Source of the DNA: Chlorokybus atmophyticus
Taxonomy: Eukaryota; Plantae; Mesostigma and Chlorokybus algae
Direction: 5' to 3'
Assembly (NCBI GenBank): GCA_009103225.1
Contig: RHPI01000638.1
Location: 310,001-374,000, forward strand
DNA: 64,000 nucleotides
Shown: one piece after another, positions 1-13,289 of the stretch
Layout of the letters: each line of letters begins with the position of its first letter
Position numbering within the stretch: position 1 is the stretch's first letter
Notes under the pieces: generated by a model
What the model saw: only the letters and a program-made list of their open reading frames with translations
Database searches by the model: none
Told to the model about the DNA's origin: nothing
Made by a program: the position numbers and the translations under genes

Positions 1-234
1 AGCTAGATCTCCATAGGCTTATGTTAAATGCGTAGCTGAGCAACGACCACATGCTTCACACCATGCATGCTGCCACAACAGCATACCCTTTTTGTATTTC
101 TAACCACACAACAATGCAAGTGAAGCTAACCAGTTGAGCATTGCCACATCGCAGCAGCGCTACGTAATTACGATGTCTAGGAACGTTAGAAGGGGAAGGG
201 GGAGTATGCCTCCAGTGTCGCCNGGGGGGGCGCA

Positions 235-615
235 TTGTGCAGGATGTTCATAACTTTGTGGGCGCACCGTACCGCACCACATGACGCGCTGCGTGACGAT
301 GTCTATGCCGGCACCATGCCGCTTTCCACGACGTTGTGGACCTTTGCGCGCGGCGCACGGTGGCGGCACGTGACCTGCCCGCCCCGCCGGCTGCCTGCGT
401 TCCTGGCGATGTACCGTCAGCGGGTCTCGTGTGCCCTGCAGCGTGCGCAGGGGCTAACGGTGCTCGGGCGTGGAGCCGCTCCACGGACTGCGGTTGTGCC
501 AGGATGGACAGAGGCTGACGCGATGCACGTGACGACGGAGGAGGACGCTCTGCTCGCTGCGGGCGCTTCAACGCCTTGGTTGAGCATTGTCCGTGTGTTG
601 GTTGGGCATAAATAG
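235..615 (+). other. GC-rich ORF of unknown nature; possibly a non-LTR retroelement C-terminal remnant
   Basis: 126-aa ORF. RTAPHDALRDDVY loosely resembles the R..HD..RD motif preceding RLE endonucleases, but no other motif was seen and there is an N at 223. Confidence 0.2.
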
Positions 616-641
616 TTGTACGTGTTGAACACTTGCCATCG

Positions 642-644
<3 letters not shown>

Positions 645-680
<36 letters not shown>
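645..680. repeat. (GA)n microsatellite at the left edge of unit 1
   Basis: Direct reading; the right flank cttgtgggcacgcatgttgatgtctac matches the right flank of the 20437-20676 tract. Confidence 0.95.
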
Positions 681-684
<4 letters not shown>

Positions 685-1275
685 TGGGCACGCATGTTGA
701 TGTCTACAGCATTGTTTACTAACACGGTTACTGCACGCTTAGAAAAAACAATGCTGCACTGCTGAGAGAAGCGAGACACAACAACAAGCTCAAACCTTGC
801 TCACGGCGATGATTCCGCTCCACTAGTAGTGTGTTTGAAAGTAAGGGATGACACATGCATGACTGATGGGGTGTTAGCGTAGTGTACATAGTAGCTAAGG
901 TGATAGACTAGATGAGCCCGGTTTTGATGTATCATTGATTGTTGGTCTGCATACTATGCGCTTATCACACACTCCGCTTGTCAAATGCATAGGCATCTGC
1001 GCTTCGCATTTATTGTACTACAAGGATGCATACGCATTCGCACCAACTTCTTGAGGACTGAAGCCATAAACACCTGACCATTATTGCATGACGCTCACAC
1101 AAAGCAACGATTACACCGCTGCTCCAGGTGCTGGTGCCACCACATGACAGTGACAACCAAGCATATTCACAACATGGTTTCATAATTTCTGTTTGCTGCC
1201 ACCTATGACAGGCAGCGTGATCAGCTCATGAACTGCCCTCCCACAAGCTAGCTATCGGATGGGCGTCCATTCCCG

Positions 1276-1315
<40 letters not shown>

Positions 1316-1326
1316 ACCAAATCCTT

Positions 1327-2980
1327 TTACTGGGAAAACAGGGTGACCAATTTTGATAGGCCGTAGAACGCAAGGAGTATAAGCTTCATTAGCGCGTACG
1401 CGATCATTCCACGAAAGAAGTTCTGGATAAGGTTTGCCATGAACCACTTGAGTCTGGGTGGGAAGTTGCAGACGGCTGTCAGGTTGTCAAAGCTGTCGAG
1501 GGTATTGAACGATGTCCACCAGAAGGCGTTGGTGCCATTCATAATGCCCAGCAGACTGTCGGAACCGGTGATGTCCTTTAGCACTTCCACGGTCCACTTC
1601 TTGCTGCATGTGGCCAAGTCGTAGTACATCCTGACGCCACCCACATTCGCAAAAAGTCTACGCTCTTCCTGCGCACCCCAAAGCAGCAAGCGCACACGAA
1701 CAGATGTTATTCCTTCCTGGTACACGCGCCTTTGCACAGGCTGGTAATTGCACGCACCATGATTCATGACAGCCGACAGGCATGCATGTGTTGGCAGTTA
1801 CTTGAGCATGTTGCAGAACCTAAACAGCGTTGCAAGAAGTAAATGGACATCCTTGTCTTCTCGCCATATACATGCGGCATGCCTACTCTAAAAGTGCGTA
1901 TTTCCCACTGCTCACCTGTGTACTCCACTCGTTCCGTGCATGGTACTTTGCAATGTAGATCGCACCGTATGCGTATGCGGCCGCATGCGCGCGTGCTGTG
2001 TCTCCCGCAAACACAACACTCTTTGCATTGTGAAAATTGGTCAGCCTGTACACGCGCATGTACACGCGGAACAGCTGCGCTACCCCCGCAGCTAATGCAA
2101 CGTCTTCATCTGACAGATCAGCCGCCAACTGGTCTTTGCTGTCCCACCTAAACAACAGCGCCCGTGCACCATGCTTGTACTTGTAGCTTTTGGACTTCTC
2201 TTCCTCTTTTACCATGTCCAAAGCTTCCTTTGCATAGCTGATGACGCTGGCTGCGCTGATGTCGTTGGCCACTGGTGCGCAGTTGCGGATGGCTTCCAAC
2301 AGCTGCACGGGAACTGATGGACCAAGTTTGCACTCCACCAGCACTGCTGTGCACGCAACTCCCGGTAACAGCCAGAAATGCTCGCTCACCTGTGTGTTTG
2401 TGTATGAGCATATGGTTCTTCCGTTTGCACATCATGACGTGAAAAAGATGCCTTCGTACATGACTGATGCATGTACGTGTACGTGGGCATGTGCACGTGC
2501 TTGTTTACACAGTTAATGGCATTAACTCACAAAGGTTTTGCACACTTGCCTGCTGGTTTACATTCAACCGAAGATCGACTGCTGATTGCCTAAGTGCATG
2601 GTCCTCCGCAGCTGCAGAATTGTCTGCAGTTGCGCCTGCTAAAAGAAGCATATCTAACCAATAGTCATGCGTCTACTAGACCAGATCATTGTGCAGCGGC
2701 CTCATACCTGCGCAGAGCGGTTGCTGCTCCTGCTTCATTGTATCCAAAACTCTAGCATCTTCTCCGGAATCTTCTTCAGACGCGCCTGCTAAAGGAAGCA
2801 CATTCAACCAATGCACGTGCGTTTACTAGTAGCAGACACACTAGAACATTGTACGGCCTCATACCTGCGCTTGCGGCGCAGAGCGGTTGCAGCTCCTCAT
2901 GAAGCGGCTTCATGAGGCGGGTTAGCTTGCAGCGTTCAATGGTTTTCTTGTAGCTCTCTGTGAAGACTTGCGCACAGTAC
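1327..2980 (-). CDS. Unknown multi-copy family, copy 1; predicted exons 2980-2865, 2785-2708, 2635-2550, 2389-1916, 1668-1327; C-terminal hydrophobic helix
   Basis: Exon phases are compatible (116/78/86/474/342 nt) with cag| acceptors, GT donors and one GC donor (2549-2548). Peptides include VSEHFWLLPG...HGARALLFRW...NEWSTQ and EERRLFANVGGVRMYYDL...FWWTSFNT...PPRLKW. The N-terminus and start codon are unresolved. Confidence 0.72.
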
Positions 2981-4194
2981 CTGCACCGTACGGAGGTGTA
3001 ACTGTGATTATAGGAGTGCATGCGTGTGCGTTCGTGTCGATGTCTGTGCACATGACCCCAACAAGCAGTGGACCCTACCGCAGAATGTACAGAAGCATGG
3101 GCTGTCACAAACCACGATACAGGCGCAAACCCGTTTTCAAGCTGGGCGCAGTCTTAACAAGAAACCACTGCGCTCATGGACCTTGCGTTGTGTTAGGGAC
3201 GCCTATACCACGACACGCTAGATGACAGACTGGACACCACTGGCACAACACTCAATATGCGCACTGCCATATCATGTGTGCTTCAGAAGCGCACATATCT
3301 GTTGCTACAAGCAGAAGCACTGCGTCTGCTTGTAGCAACACACCTCTCCTTGCCAAACTTGAACAGTTGTTGGCACAGTAAGTAGCAGCAGTGGCATGCG
3401 CGCTTGAGCTTGTAGCCGCACTGTCTGGTTGCCTGCGCTGCTCAGCAAAGGCAATACACGGTCAGTCAAACTGTGAGAGGGCTGGCTACTACAATTTGAA
3501 ATCGACTCCCAGAAGACATTAACAGCCGCGCAAACAACCACCATAGAAGCACACATACGTCATGCACGCCACACCAAACAAGCCAGGCAGATTAGCAGCG
3601 GCCGGGCAACCGCAAGCAGCAACCCACCAGCAAAGCGAGCTTGAAGCTGCGGCGCCTTGCAGCAGGAGGGGCCTTGCAGGAGGGGGCCACCGCTCAGCTA
3701 GGCTCCCCCACGAAGCTCAGATCTCCCAGGGTTTCACCTTGCCGCTCCACCGCCTGCTTGTCTTCCGCTCCCAGGCACACACTGTGCGCTGCCTGACCCT
3801 GAGCCCAGAGACCGTCGTCGATAATTTGCCGCTGTTGTGGAAATCGACATACAGCCACACTGCGCTGCGCTGCTTGGCATCCGTCTGTCAGAATACCGGC
3901 GCCAATATCTACGCTGCTGCTGAATCCCTTGTGCTTATTGAAATTACCATTCCTCTGAGCATACGTACCTGCGTACCTTCTTGGCTGACGACGCATACCG
4001 CTGGCACGACACTGGCTTGCTTTTGCAAAGACAGACTCTGCAGGCGGAAAGCACAGGCCTCGGGTAAGTATTAAGCAGGCCAGGCCTGTGGCCGACGATG
4101 AAGCATCTTCTGTCGTGGCTTTTCTTGGAGAGCAGTTTGCAATGGACGCGCTTTGTCAGCGTTAGTCGCTTGATGTGTACCTTCTGTGATGCGT

Positions 4195-5185
4195 TGGGTG
4201 CTAATGAATAACCGTTTAACCAACAACCAGGTTAATAAGGTTAACGTTAACCATAATCAGAGGACAGCGTAGATTAACGGGTTAGCGGATTAGGCTTGAT
4301 TACATTTACGTACGCTGAGTTACGTTATACACACGCGGATAAATATGAAATCGAGATACAGATTGAGTTACGACGCATGAAGTACTTGGTACCTTATCAT
4401 GTGAGTTGTAAGATCTCTTCATGGTATATTGTCGATCCTTTATGTATGTACGGCATGGTCACATGTGGTATGTATCTTTGCTTGCTTGCTTGCTTGCTAT
4501 GTATCTTACTTGCATTCGTATACATGTATATATATACATATATAGGTATATACTATATGCAATTTGCATAATATACATATACATATGCAAAATGTGTATG
4601 AATATACACTAATGAATACATAAAGTCCATACATGTCATAGACATGCAGAGGTTTAACCATGAATAAATTACATATGTATATTACGCATATGTATACTAT
4701 ATGTATGATACATTAAAAACATTTATATGTATGTGAAATGGTGATTAAAGGTGATGTATACGTACATATGAATCATGTATGCATTGCGTACATACATCAT
4801 TGCAAGCAAGTATTTGAGTTGTAAGATGCATTGTCACTTGCAATGCAAATCTAATTACATGTAAATAGTTCATTCGCAATGGGTCACTTGCTCAATAGCT
4901 TAATGCAAGCAAGTACGGATATGTATAACCATGACATAATTGGTATTATGGTCATCACGTACACCCTACGTATTATGCAAAAAGACGGGCATCAGTGCGA
5001 AAATTGAAGTTGCTTAAAACCACTAACTTGCACACCAGCTGCAAAGAACTTATCAAGAGCTATCGTTTGCGCCTACTCTCATCGCAAACTGTGAGCGTAT
5101 GAGAGGTTAACCTAGTTAACATTTACCTATTAACCACTAACCGGCCCCTAAAGATGGTTTATGCCCAACACTAGTGTTGAATGTA
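4195..5185. mobile_element. ~1-kb AT-rich segment absent from unit 2; probable non-autonomous element
   Basis: Unit 2 reads ccttctgtgatgc-atgg-agatcaggg without it. The ends show an imperfect inverted match (gcgttggg / cccaacac) and the palindrome caacactagtgttg at ~5166-5179. No TSD was found, so a deletion in unit 2 cannot be excluded. Confidence 0.45.
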
Positions 5186-5231
5186 AAGATCAGGGTGCCG
5201 CGGAGCTTTGGTATTATGTTGATAACGCAAA

Positions 5232-7499
5232 CGAGCGGTGCGGCTGATTGGGCGCGATTGGGCCGGCCGGCCGGCCGGGGAGGACGGCATTAGGGCACAA
5301 AGACACATCACGCGCACTGAGGGCCATCACACACAGCACCCGAGACTACATGCCTGCCGCGCGCATACCGAGCAGCCCGCCTGCCTCTCATTGGCTATGC
5401 GACGTGTATCAGCTATCGGCCATTCGATTTGTGGTAAACAAATCTCAACCTTCCAAAGCCCATATCGTGCAATTGCACAAAGTACATGCGCATGAATAAA
5501 GGAATCCATTCATTTTGAGCACAACATGCACGGCGCACATATGCGTTATGTGTGCGTTGTACAGTCCACCCCCGCTAAAAGACTTTGCTCCAAGAGAATA
5601 ACCCCGCTTGTAGCATACGTTCTGAGATCACCAACGATGCTACAGGCAAATGTTAGTGCTTAAGAGAATATGACTAACCGCGAAGAGCATATTATTTTTC
5701 ATGACATTTGCAAAAATGTCAGTGTGCGTATTCATTGAGGGAGTAGCGCGTGACGGGTGTGTCATCAGGCGTAATGAGTGCGATAGACAAGGCGTGATGG
5801 GTACAGGGTCACGCGTTATTAGCGTAATGAGCGTGATGGCATGATACGTGACGTAATGCGCGTGATGTGATGGGCGTGATGGGCGTATTGAACTGCTTTA
5901 TAGCATACAAATGCTCCAATGTTTAAGAGCATATTATGCTCTTTTTAACGCCAAGAACATAACCCCGCCATGAGCAAACTATCGTTAAAAACAAACAGCA
6001 TGCTCTTAAAAGGGGTAGACTGTATAATAAATGTTTCAATGTAACTAGGTACGTACCACTATGTACCTAAACTGTACAGTCTACTTCCGCTATATTCATC
6101 ACGTGTATCTTTCATTCCATCAACAGGGTTATTCCTTTGGCGTTTACAATAATATATACTACTTTTTACATAATATATAATTTACTAACAAGGGTATTGC
6201 AAAATAACCGTAAGCCACGTTATTATGTTTTAACGTGGCATATATTAAATCAATAATAGTCAATAATAAATTAATTACGTACGCAACTATATATGAGTTC
6301 TGTAATATGTTTATGTTTATAATATTTAGAATAAACATGCCATTAACGAGGTATTCCCCCGTAACAAGACAGCTCACACACAATTTTAACCCTTTGTTGT
6401 AGTCTTATAGCGTACAAAACTATTCCACTAACCGATGATATTAATCTGTAAACCATTGGATTTTTGCAAATTCATGATCTCAACGGGGTTATTTTCATAA
6501 ACCGAAGTCTTGTAACGGGGGTAGTCTATATAGTCTACCTATTTGTAAGAGCATACTGTTATCCTCAAAAATTGTATGCTCTTGGCGACTAAGAGCATAA
6601 TATGCTCTTGAACGTTAAGAGCATATATATGCTATAAGCGCAGATTCATTTCGCCCATCACGCCTATTGGTCGGGCCGGCCTGTCGGCATTCAAGCTACA
6701 TCACACATCCCGCGCTAGGGCCATCACACGGCACCTGCGACTGCCGGGCTGCGCGGCAGTATGTGCGGCCCGCCTGCTTCTTATTGGCTAGGCGGCGAGA
6801 ACAAGCGTTACACCGTTAGATCTGCCCAAGCACGATTCTGGCCGTCCAAAGCACATCCACTTGTTTAAGCGCATGCCAATAAATGTAAAAATAAGCACAG
6901 TTCTGCAACGTGGCCACTTATGGCTGCATGTTGATAGTTTTTTTAATGTGTTACATTAATTATATTGATAAATATGCTACAATATGGTGCAATATGGTGC
7001 GATATGATTAGCAAATGCTGTTAAGTGTTTCAAGTCTTAATAATCAATGTAACGTTCACGCCACGGTACGTGCTGCGATACTCAGTAAGTAATGCCGAGG
7101 TTACGACTATTAAAATAATGCTAACCTGAATTACCTTAACGTTAAGATTCAACTAAACGAAAATCCGCATCGTTAGGCCACCATTTGGTCACGCATGAGA
7201 TTGATCAAATGGGATCACAACGGTGACAACAGCCAGTTGCTCAAAAAGGTTGCGAAATGGCCAATCTCAGCGGCAACCGCTTACCAACGGCGACCTAAAA
7301 TTGCTAGTGATTTGGTGCAATTGCGGCACAGTTAGTGGTTAATACGGCCGCGTTTTTGGCGGTACGAGGTCGGGGCAGGCCCCATACCCCAAAGCCATGC
7401 CGCCACTACTCACACTTGTTCTAACTAATCCACTCTACCCTTTAACGCTAATTGATTACACGCTATAGTTACTGCGTCATCAAACATGGTCAACAGCCG
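5232..7499. mobile_element. ~2.3-kb composite segment absent from unit 2, built of direct and inverted repeat modules
   Basis: Unit 2 joins aacgcaaa directly to gtagtaaatgagtag. 5250-5500 recurs diverged at 6665-6890, and 5562-5610 is an inverted copy of 6480-6530. Confidence 0.5.
5872..6667. mobile_element. Foldback/MITE-like element with long imperfect TIRs
   Basis: 5872-6030 (ggcgtgatgggcg..tgaactgctttatagcata..aagagcatattatgctctt..gtagactgtata) is the reverse complement of ~6520-6667; the interior is AT-rich and non-coding. Confidence 0.6.
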
Positions 7500-8387
7500 A
7501 AGCAGTGCATGAGTAGCAGGTAGGTGTCAGTCGCGCGTCAGCTGGGTTTGCGCGGCTGAAACGTTGCTGACATGAATTTTGAGGTGCTGATGTATGTTAC
7601 GATTCACTTATCAGTACCCGGCGGGCACCCCGCGGACAGCCATCGTGCCGTCCACAATGATGACGTGGACGCTGTTAAGAACGCCGTCGCGACCGCCCGA
7701 TCAGGTCGTCACACCATAGCACAACACGTATGTCACTGTAGGCGTAAATGTCTATATGCAAAACCAACCTCGAAAACTCATTTTCCACTTTTGTCTTAGG
7801 GGGGCGCGACATGGTTACCGAGATAAGCGGGTCAAGGGCAATTTTGGCTGGAGGGGCGGCGACCTACGACGCGACTTATCTCCCTGAGCGGACAGGCCGC
7901 TGGGCAAATGGTCCGGCACCTGTCCTTTCCGCGCCTGCGGCCTGTCCTCTCTTCCATGATACTCACCACATACCAGCGGTGAACTCTCATATTACGCGGC
8001 TGCAATGGCGGCTAGCAGAATCGTGCACGTTGGATTGGACATTGTCTTGCCAGCATTCCTGCTACGTGAATTAGTGAACATTCAGGTAGGGTTAACCTGA
8101 CATCTGTTAATGATCAGATTTAAGCAACAGCCTGTGTGAAAATACAGGCAAAGCCACACATAGCCAGCTGAATCGCACGGCCAGCTCAAATGGAGAATGA
8201 ACTTATCTCATAAGCCATTCGGTTGGTGGGTGTATATCGCAGTGCGCAACGCTATCTCAAGGCTCGCTATCTGTCCCAAGTCGTGATGCGGTACCAGTGA
8301 CATGCCCGGTGCGTTGCAGTGTGATGATATGTTTCCTATTCACACTGGCATCCGATACGGTTTAAGCAGAGCCTTGCCTGTATACGA

Positions 8388-8504
8388 AAACTAGATACCT
8401 AATCGTGGGACTAGGGTCGAACACGACCCTAGTCCATAGCGGGTAGGTGGTGTACATCAGATATTATACAGATCTGATGTACACCCACCCACTATCTAGT
8501 TTTC
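8388..8504. other. Branched inverted-repeat cluster (small MITE or structured element), also present at ~28796-28895
   Basis: Outer IR aaaactagata/tatctagtttt encloses a perfect 12-bp stem ggactagggtcg-aaca-cgaccctagtcc and a 13-bp stem gtgtacatcagat/atctgatgtacac. Confidence 0.6.
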
Positions 8505-9934
8505 ATGCGGACTAGGCTTACCAGATAAAAGGCAGACTGCACCAGAGTGTGCAGCGACAACCATGACTAGCTGCTAAATACAGAAGACGATAGACAAGGA
8601 CTAGAGTTGATCTCGGTCAACACTGAGGTGTTTAACAAGTTGACTAAATGAGAACAAGAGTGTCTATTAACGACTATGACTAGGTGCTGAGCAGCCAAGG
8701 CAACAGACCAAGACCATGGTACATCTATTTCAACATTGAGGTGTTGCGCAGACTTTATAGATATGAATTGGAGTTTTAAGAGTGGCTAAATCAAGCCAGC
8801 AACGCTATGGAGTCTAATCCACAGACTAGGTAGTGTCTTAATGTCGACTTAACTACACAGTTAAAATAGATGTCTGTCTGCTTAACCACCAGCAGCGCCC
8901 CCTAAGGAAACCAGCCCATGTAGTCAGCCGCACAAGCCTTCTCCATACCAGAAAGAACCATAAGCAACAGCAACAGCAACAACCTCAACAAACCATACAC
9001 AAGCATGTAATACACACAACTCCGTGTGACGAGTGCACACGTGCGGCATGCAGTCTGTGCACTGAGTTGTGCAACCAAGCAAAGTAGCCACAAGCTTACC
9101 AACAACCATGACATGACAGATAACACACATACCACTAGCTAGCAAATGTAAGGAACAGTGTGGGCGCGCGCACGCACCAGTCCAAATTCGACACCAACCT
9201 GGGTTACAACGACAATAAGTAACGTTAGCCAACAACAACAACAACAACAATTATGCATGCATACTCCCAGCGTCAACATAAGCAAGCAATCAGCCACACA
9301 AGCTTGCCAACAACCACAATTACAAAGTAATAACATCCAAACCATAAAAGCAGGCATGCCAGGAACAGTGTGAGGAGCGCGCGCGTCAACCTAAGTTCTA
9401 CAAATCTGCACACAACTACAGTCAGTAACAGTAGCAGACATTGACAACAACACCAACGACAACACGCGCAGAGCCAACCCAAGCCAAGTAGCCACAAAAA
9501 CTTGCCAGCCACAACAAATAACAATACATACCATAAACTAGCAAGGAATGCCAGGAACAGAGTAAGGAGCGCGCGCGCGCTTGCCAATCTAAGTCTACAC
9601 CAACCTACCCACATTCACAATAGGTAACAGCCAGCAATGACAGCACCAACAATAACCACCCATGAACAGGCGAAAGAAATTAAGTACATGCACGCGCAAC
9701 AATGTATGCAAATGCACAACAATGTGCGCACCTCTCGTAGAGGCAGGAGTACATTGTAATGAGAGACAGGGCGAAGGATGGGACGAGGCAGAGGAGCATG
9801 GGGATGTGCTGAGGGCTAGATGGAGACGTGGAGGCAGAGGTAGGAGAAGGGTGTGAGGGAAAGGAGGCGGAGGTTGGGAGGCAGCGGGAGGAGTTTGACG
9901 CTCAGTCGGCCTTTAAGGCAAAGGCAGCGGCACC

Positions 9935-9937
<3 letters not shown>

Positions 9938-10005
<68 letters not shown>
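9938..10005. repeat. (GA)n microsatellite
   Basis: Direct reading; orthologous tract at 52740-52820. Confidence 0.95.
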
Positions 10006-10009
<4 letters not shown>

Positions 10010-10455
10010 GCGTGTCGTACNATCCAAGGGAACACTCTTAAAAAATGGTTGGGGCTGCTTTTGCAGGCATGAGTTCTTGGAGAAACCGCCGAATGTCAAG
10101 TGAAATCGCTGACTGCGCACTGTTCAAGATATATGAATTTTATTAACTCGCACGCTCGGCGCGCAGAAAACAATGCGACGTCGTGATGGGGGTGCAAACC
10201 CTAGCGGACGCACTCGCATTGAGTGCTGTTTGTCACTTTGCATTGCGTGCCGAAGGCGCTGAGTTAATGGAACTCTTATATCCTGCCGCATTGAAGCGGA
10301 GGACCATACCATGCTAGCAGACGCGGCAAATAATGCGATTCCCTCATAACTTAATAGTCGTAGGAGGCTTTAAAGTGTTCAAGAAACCAGAAAATGAGAT
10401 GCAAATCATCACAAGCTCCATTAACGTTGCACAAAAAGTGTCCCCCCAAATTGCG

Positions 10456-10493
<38 letters not shown>

Positions 10494-11435
10494 GTGAGCT
10501 GATCCGCGGTGCAAACATCTGCTCACGTTTGTCGTTGCCACTGCCGCTGCCGTCAACCACCTTATGCTGAAGGCTGCGCTGTCCATGGCGGGTGGCCTGG
10601 TCAGACAGGATCCGCGCTGCTGCCACCGCTGCAAGCAACTTGCTGCTGCCCATGGACGGTAGGCCTGCGGATAATGTCGCCGGCGCCGGCGCAGCCGCCA
10701 TCGCCAACTGCCAATTGCAACGCTGCAAGGCAGCCAAGGCATATAGCGCTTTTAAGATGCTATTTGGACATGCTATGGTTTCAAAATTACGACTTGGTAC
10801 ACGGTAATTACGTAATGCCATATTCAAAGACATAATCACAACTCGCATCTAGCCGATAGTTAGGAGGCATCTGCCGAAATATTGGGGTACAACTTGTTGA
10901 ACAGCGCGATTACGGTGCCTAGTAATTTGATCCGGTCGTTGCAAAAAAAAAAAAAGACCATGCTAGATATGACTAGATATGCCAGATAAATTGAAGGTTT
11001 TGGACCAGATACCATCGCCTACCCGTATCTGGTCTCGCCAGACTTCAAGAGATCATGATCAGACCACGGACCCCACTCGGTAGATGCTAGGTGCCGCCCG
11101 TTTAGCGTGGTGCTTATACGGTTGAACTGTTACTTGTTGGCCAATAATGTCAGCATGAGTTTGTCACAATGGATTTGCGTTACCCTTGTACTGCTAAGTA
11201 GTGGTGTATTAAGTACTTTGCCAGTGGCTTGACTGATTACCGGGCTTGATTGGCTTGATTAGCGATTGGGTGGCGGCGGCGTCTACGATGGCCATCGAGG
11301 GCGTTGTAAGCTTAGGTGAAGGGCGGCCTATTATATTATACGGCCCAACCAGCTGCCCAGCGGGGCTTGACTGACGCCGTCACGCGCCATGCCCGTTTGA
11401 GCCACTTTATGAAATGACGGACGCTGTTGTAAATC

Positions 11436-12143
11436 TGTAAGGGCATCCTAGGCTTGAGCACTTAGCTCTCACCTAAGAGAGTCATGCACTCTACTTCGTG
11501 CAAGCACTCACATATAAGTGCAAGCACTCTCACACCGTGCATACATTGTCACACAAGTGTTAGCACCGTGCATACACTCACATATGCAAGTGTAAGCACG
11601 TTCTCCAAGTGTACACACTCATGCACAAATGCTACACAAGGACACACGTCCACACCTTGAGGTTAAAGAGCTTTGGCATCCCCTTGAACAGACGCTCACC
11701 CGAACACCACGTGAAGTCCCACACGAGCAAGTACGCCAAGGCAAGGTAGATACAAGTCCCAATGCCTTGCCTAGAGAGCATGCTCACTTATATACCCCTA
11801 GTGCCTTATCTAGTCACTTAAGGGTAGTGGGTGTCTCCACCAATGGTGCCTCGTTTAGACCTTGGTGTCATCTAAGGCGGCCAACCATCTTGTACTTGCC
11901 CTTGCTAGGCTCACACCAATCATCTTAACGGATATCTTACCCAAAGACTGAGTAGCCAATGAGATTGTACTATAACCTCGTGATATTGGCCACACAGTCC
12001 CATGGACACAGTTTGTAGATGCCAGTCTCTGTGATATTGTCTCTGTGGTATGGCATCCTATATTACCATTATACTTCTGTGCGATAACCGCATCTGACTC
12101 TTCTGGCACTTTCTAGATAAGTGCACGTGTAATATCCACATTG
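11436..12143 (-). mobile_element. 3-prime part of a chromovirus (Ty3/Gypsy) LTR, separated from its 5-prime part by an inversion
   Basis: Begins tgtaagggcatcctagg, orthologous to tgtaacgccaccctagg at 53736, where the LTR is uninterrupted. Confidence 0.7.
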
Positions 12144-13289
12144 GGCCCTCAAGAAGTTGGTGTGCGTTATGCCATAACGTGTAGCAGTGCTACGTACGCA
12201 TGATTGAGCGTACATTATGTTGTTGTCAGTCCTCACTCTCACACACACTACTACTCCCTCCTCTTCCCCTTCATTGTTGCATGTCTGCTTGTGCTTCCAT
12301 TCTATCTCAACTTGGGGAGAACCATTGCCAATGCGTGAGCTTGTTGCTGTATGGTGTGTCGCTTCAACTTAGCTGTGCAGCATGCTTATGCTGAGCGTGC
12401 TTAGTAATAGACAGTTTTGTAGACGTCAACATGTGCGCCTACAAACTCATGAACGTTCTGTACACGCTATTTGCAAATGCTGACGTTCTCAGATATCTTT
12501 GCAGCGCTGCCACGATACAGCTGTTGCTAATCTTCCAACTGCACGTGCACTTGTTGTTTACCTAGCTGACAACTGAGCAAAAAAACGCACACATTGCGGG
12601 TGTGCGTATAGAGTGCTTGACCGGGAGCATGTACTTACTTAATAGCGTATGCGCACGTTGAGGTCAAGATGCGTCGTCAGGATGCCTGTTGTGTTGGGTA
12701 TGCTTGACACTGCTCGAGCGGTGACTGCATAACAACCACACTTACAAAATGCGGGTCGGCACACTGCCAGGTAACCGGCCTGCCCACGACACACCTGCGC
12801 ACACGCACACCATTGCATACTTTGTACACACGCATTAGCTGCAACACAGCGAGCTAAAGCACTGCGTTGCATTGACATTGTGCACACAACATGAACTTGC
12901 GTATGCAGCCACCATAGCTAAAGTCCTCAGGTTGCAGTGCAATCGCGATGCAAGCAAGCTGCGTCGCCTCTACAGCTGAAGGCATCTGTTATATGCATTG
13001 CATTGCATGCGATGTGTGGCTATTGGTTGCTAATCACCAACGCTAGCCAGCACACGTGCGGCGGTAGCGGTGTGGTTGGGAGGCGGAGGGCGGGGACTCA
13101 GCGCCATGCATGTGCTTGAGGACCTTTAGGCAGGCATGCGGCTGACTAATCCGCCGACTGCTGTGTAGGTAATCTGCTAACCACACATGCACGCATGTCT
13201 AGCCGCTGAGGGATCATCCCAGCGGAGTTTGTCCGTTGTGTAATGTTAGCATGAATAGCGGCGAGCACGTAGCCCCCGTGTTCTTCAAG

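Noticed and set aside
8388-8504. Possible hammerhead ribozyme
   Set aside because: The CUGANGA and GAAA core is absent on both strands (only CTGATGT is present).
10006-10470. Segment missing from unit 2 between two GA tracts
   Set aside because: An N sits at the junction in unit 2 (52821), so an assembly collapse is as likely as a real deletion.
10500-10710. Transit-peptide-like ORF MAAAPAPATLSAGLPSMGSS on the minus strand
   Set aside because: The unit 2 counterpart has a stop and indels, and no downstream exons were identified.
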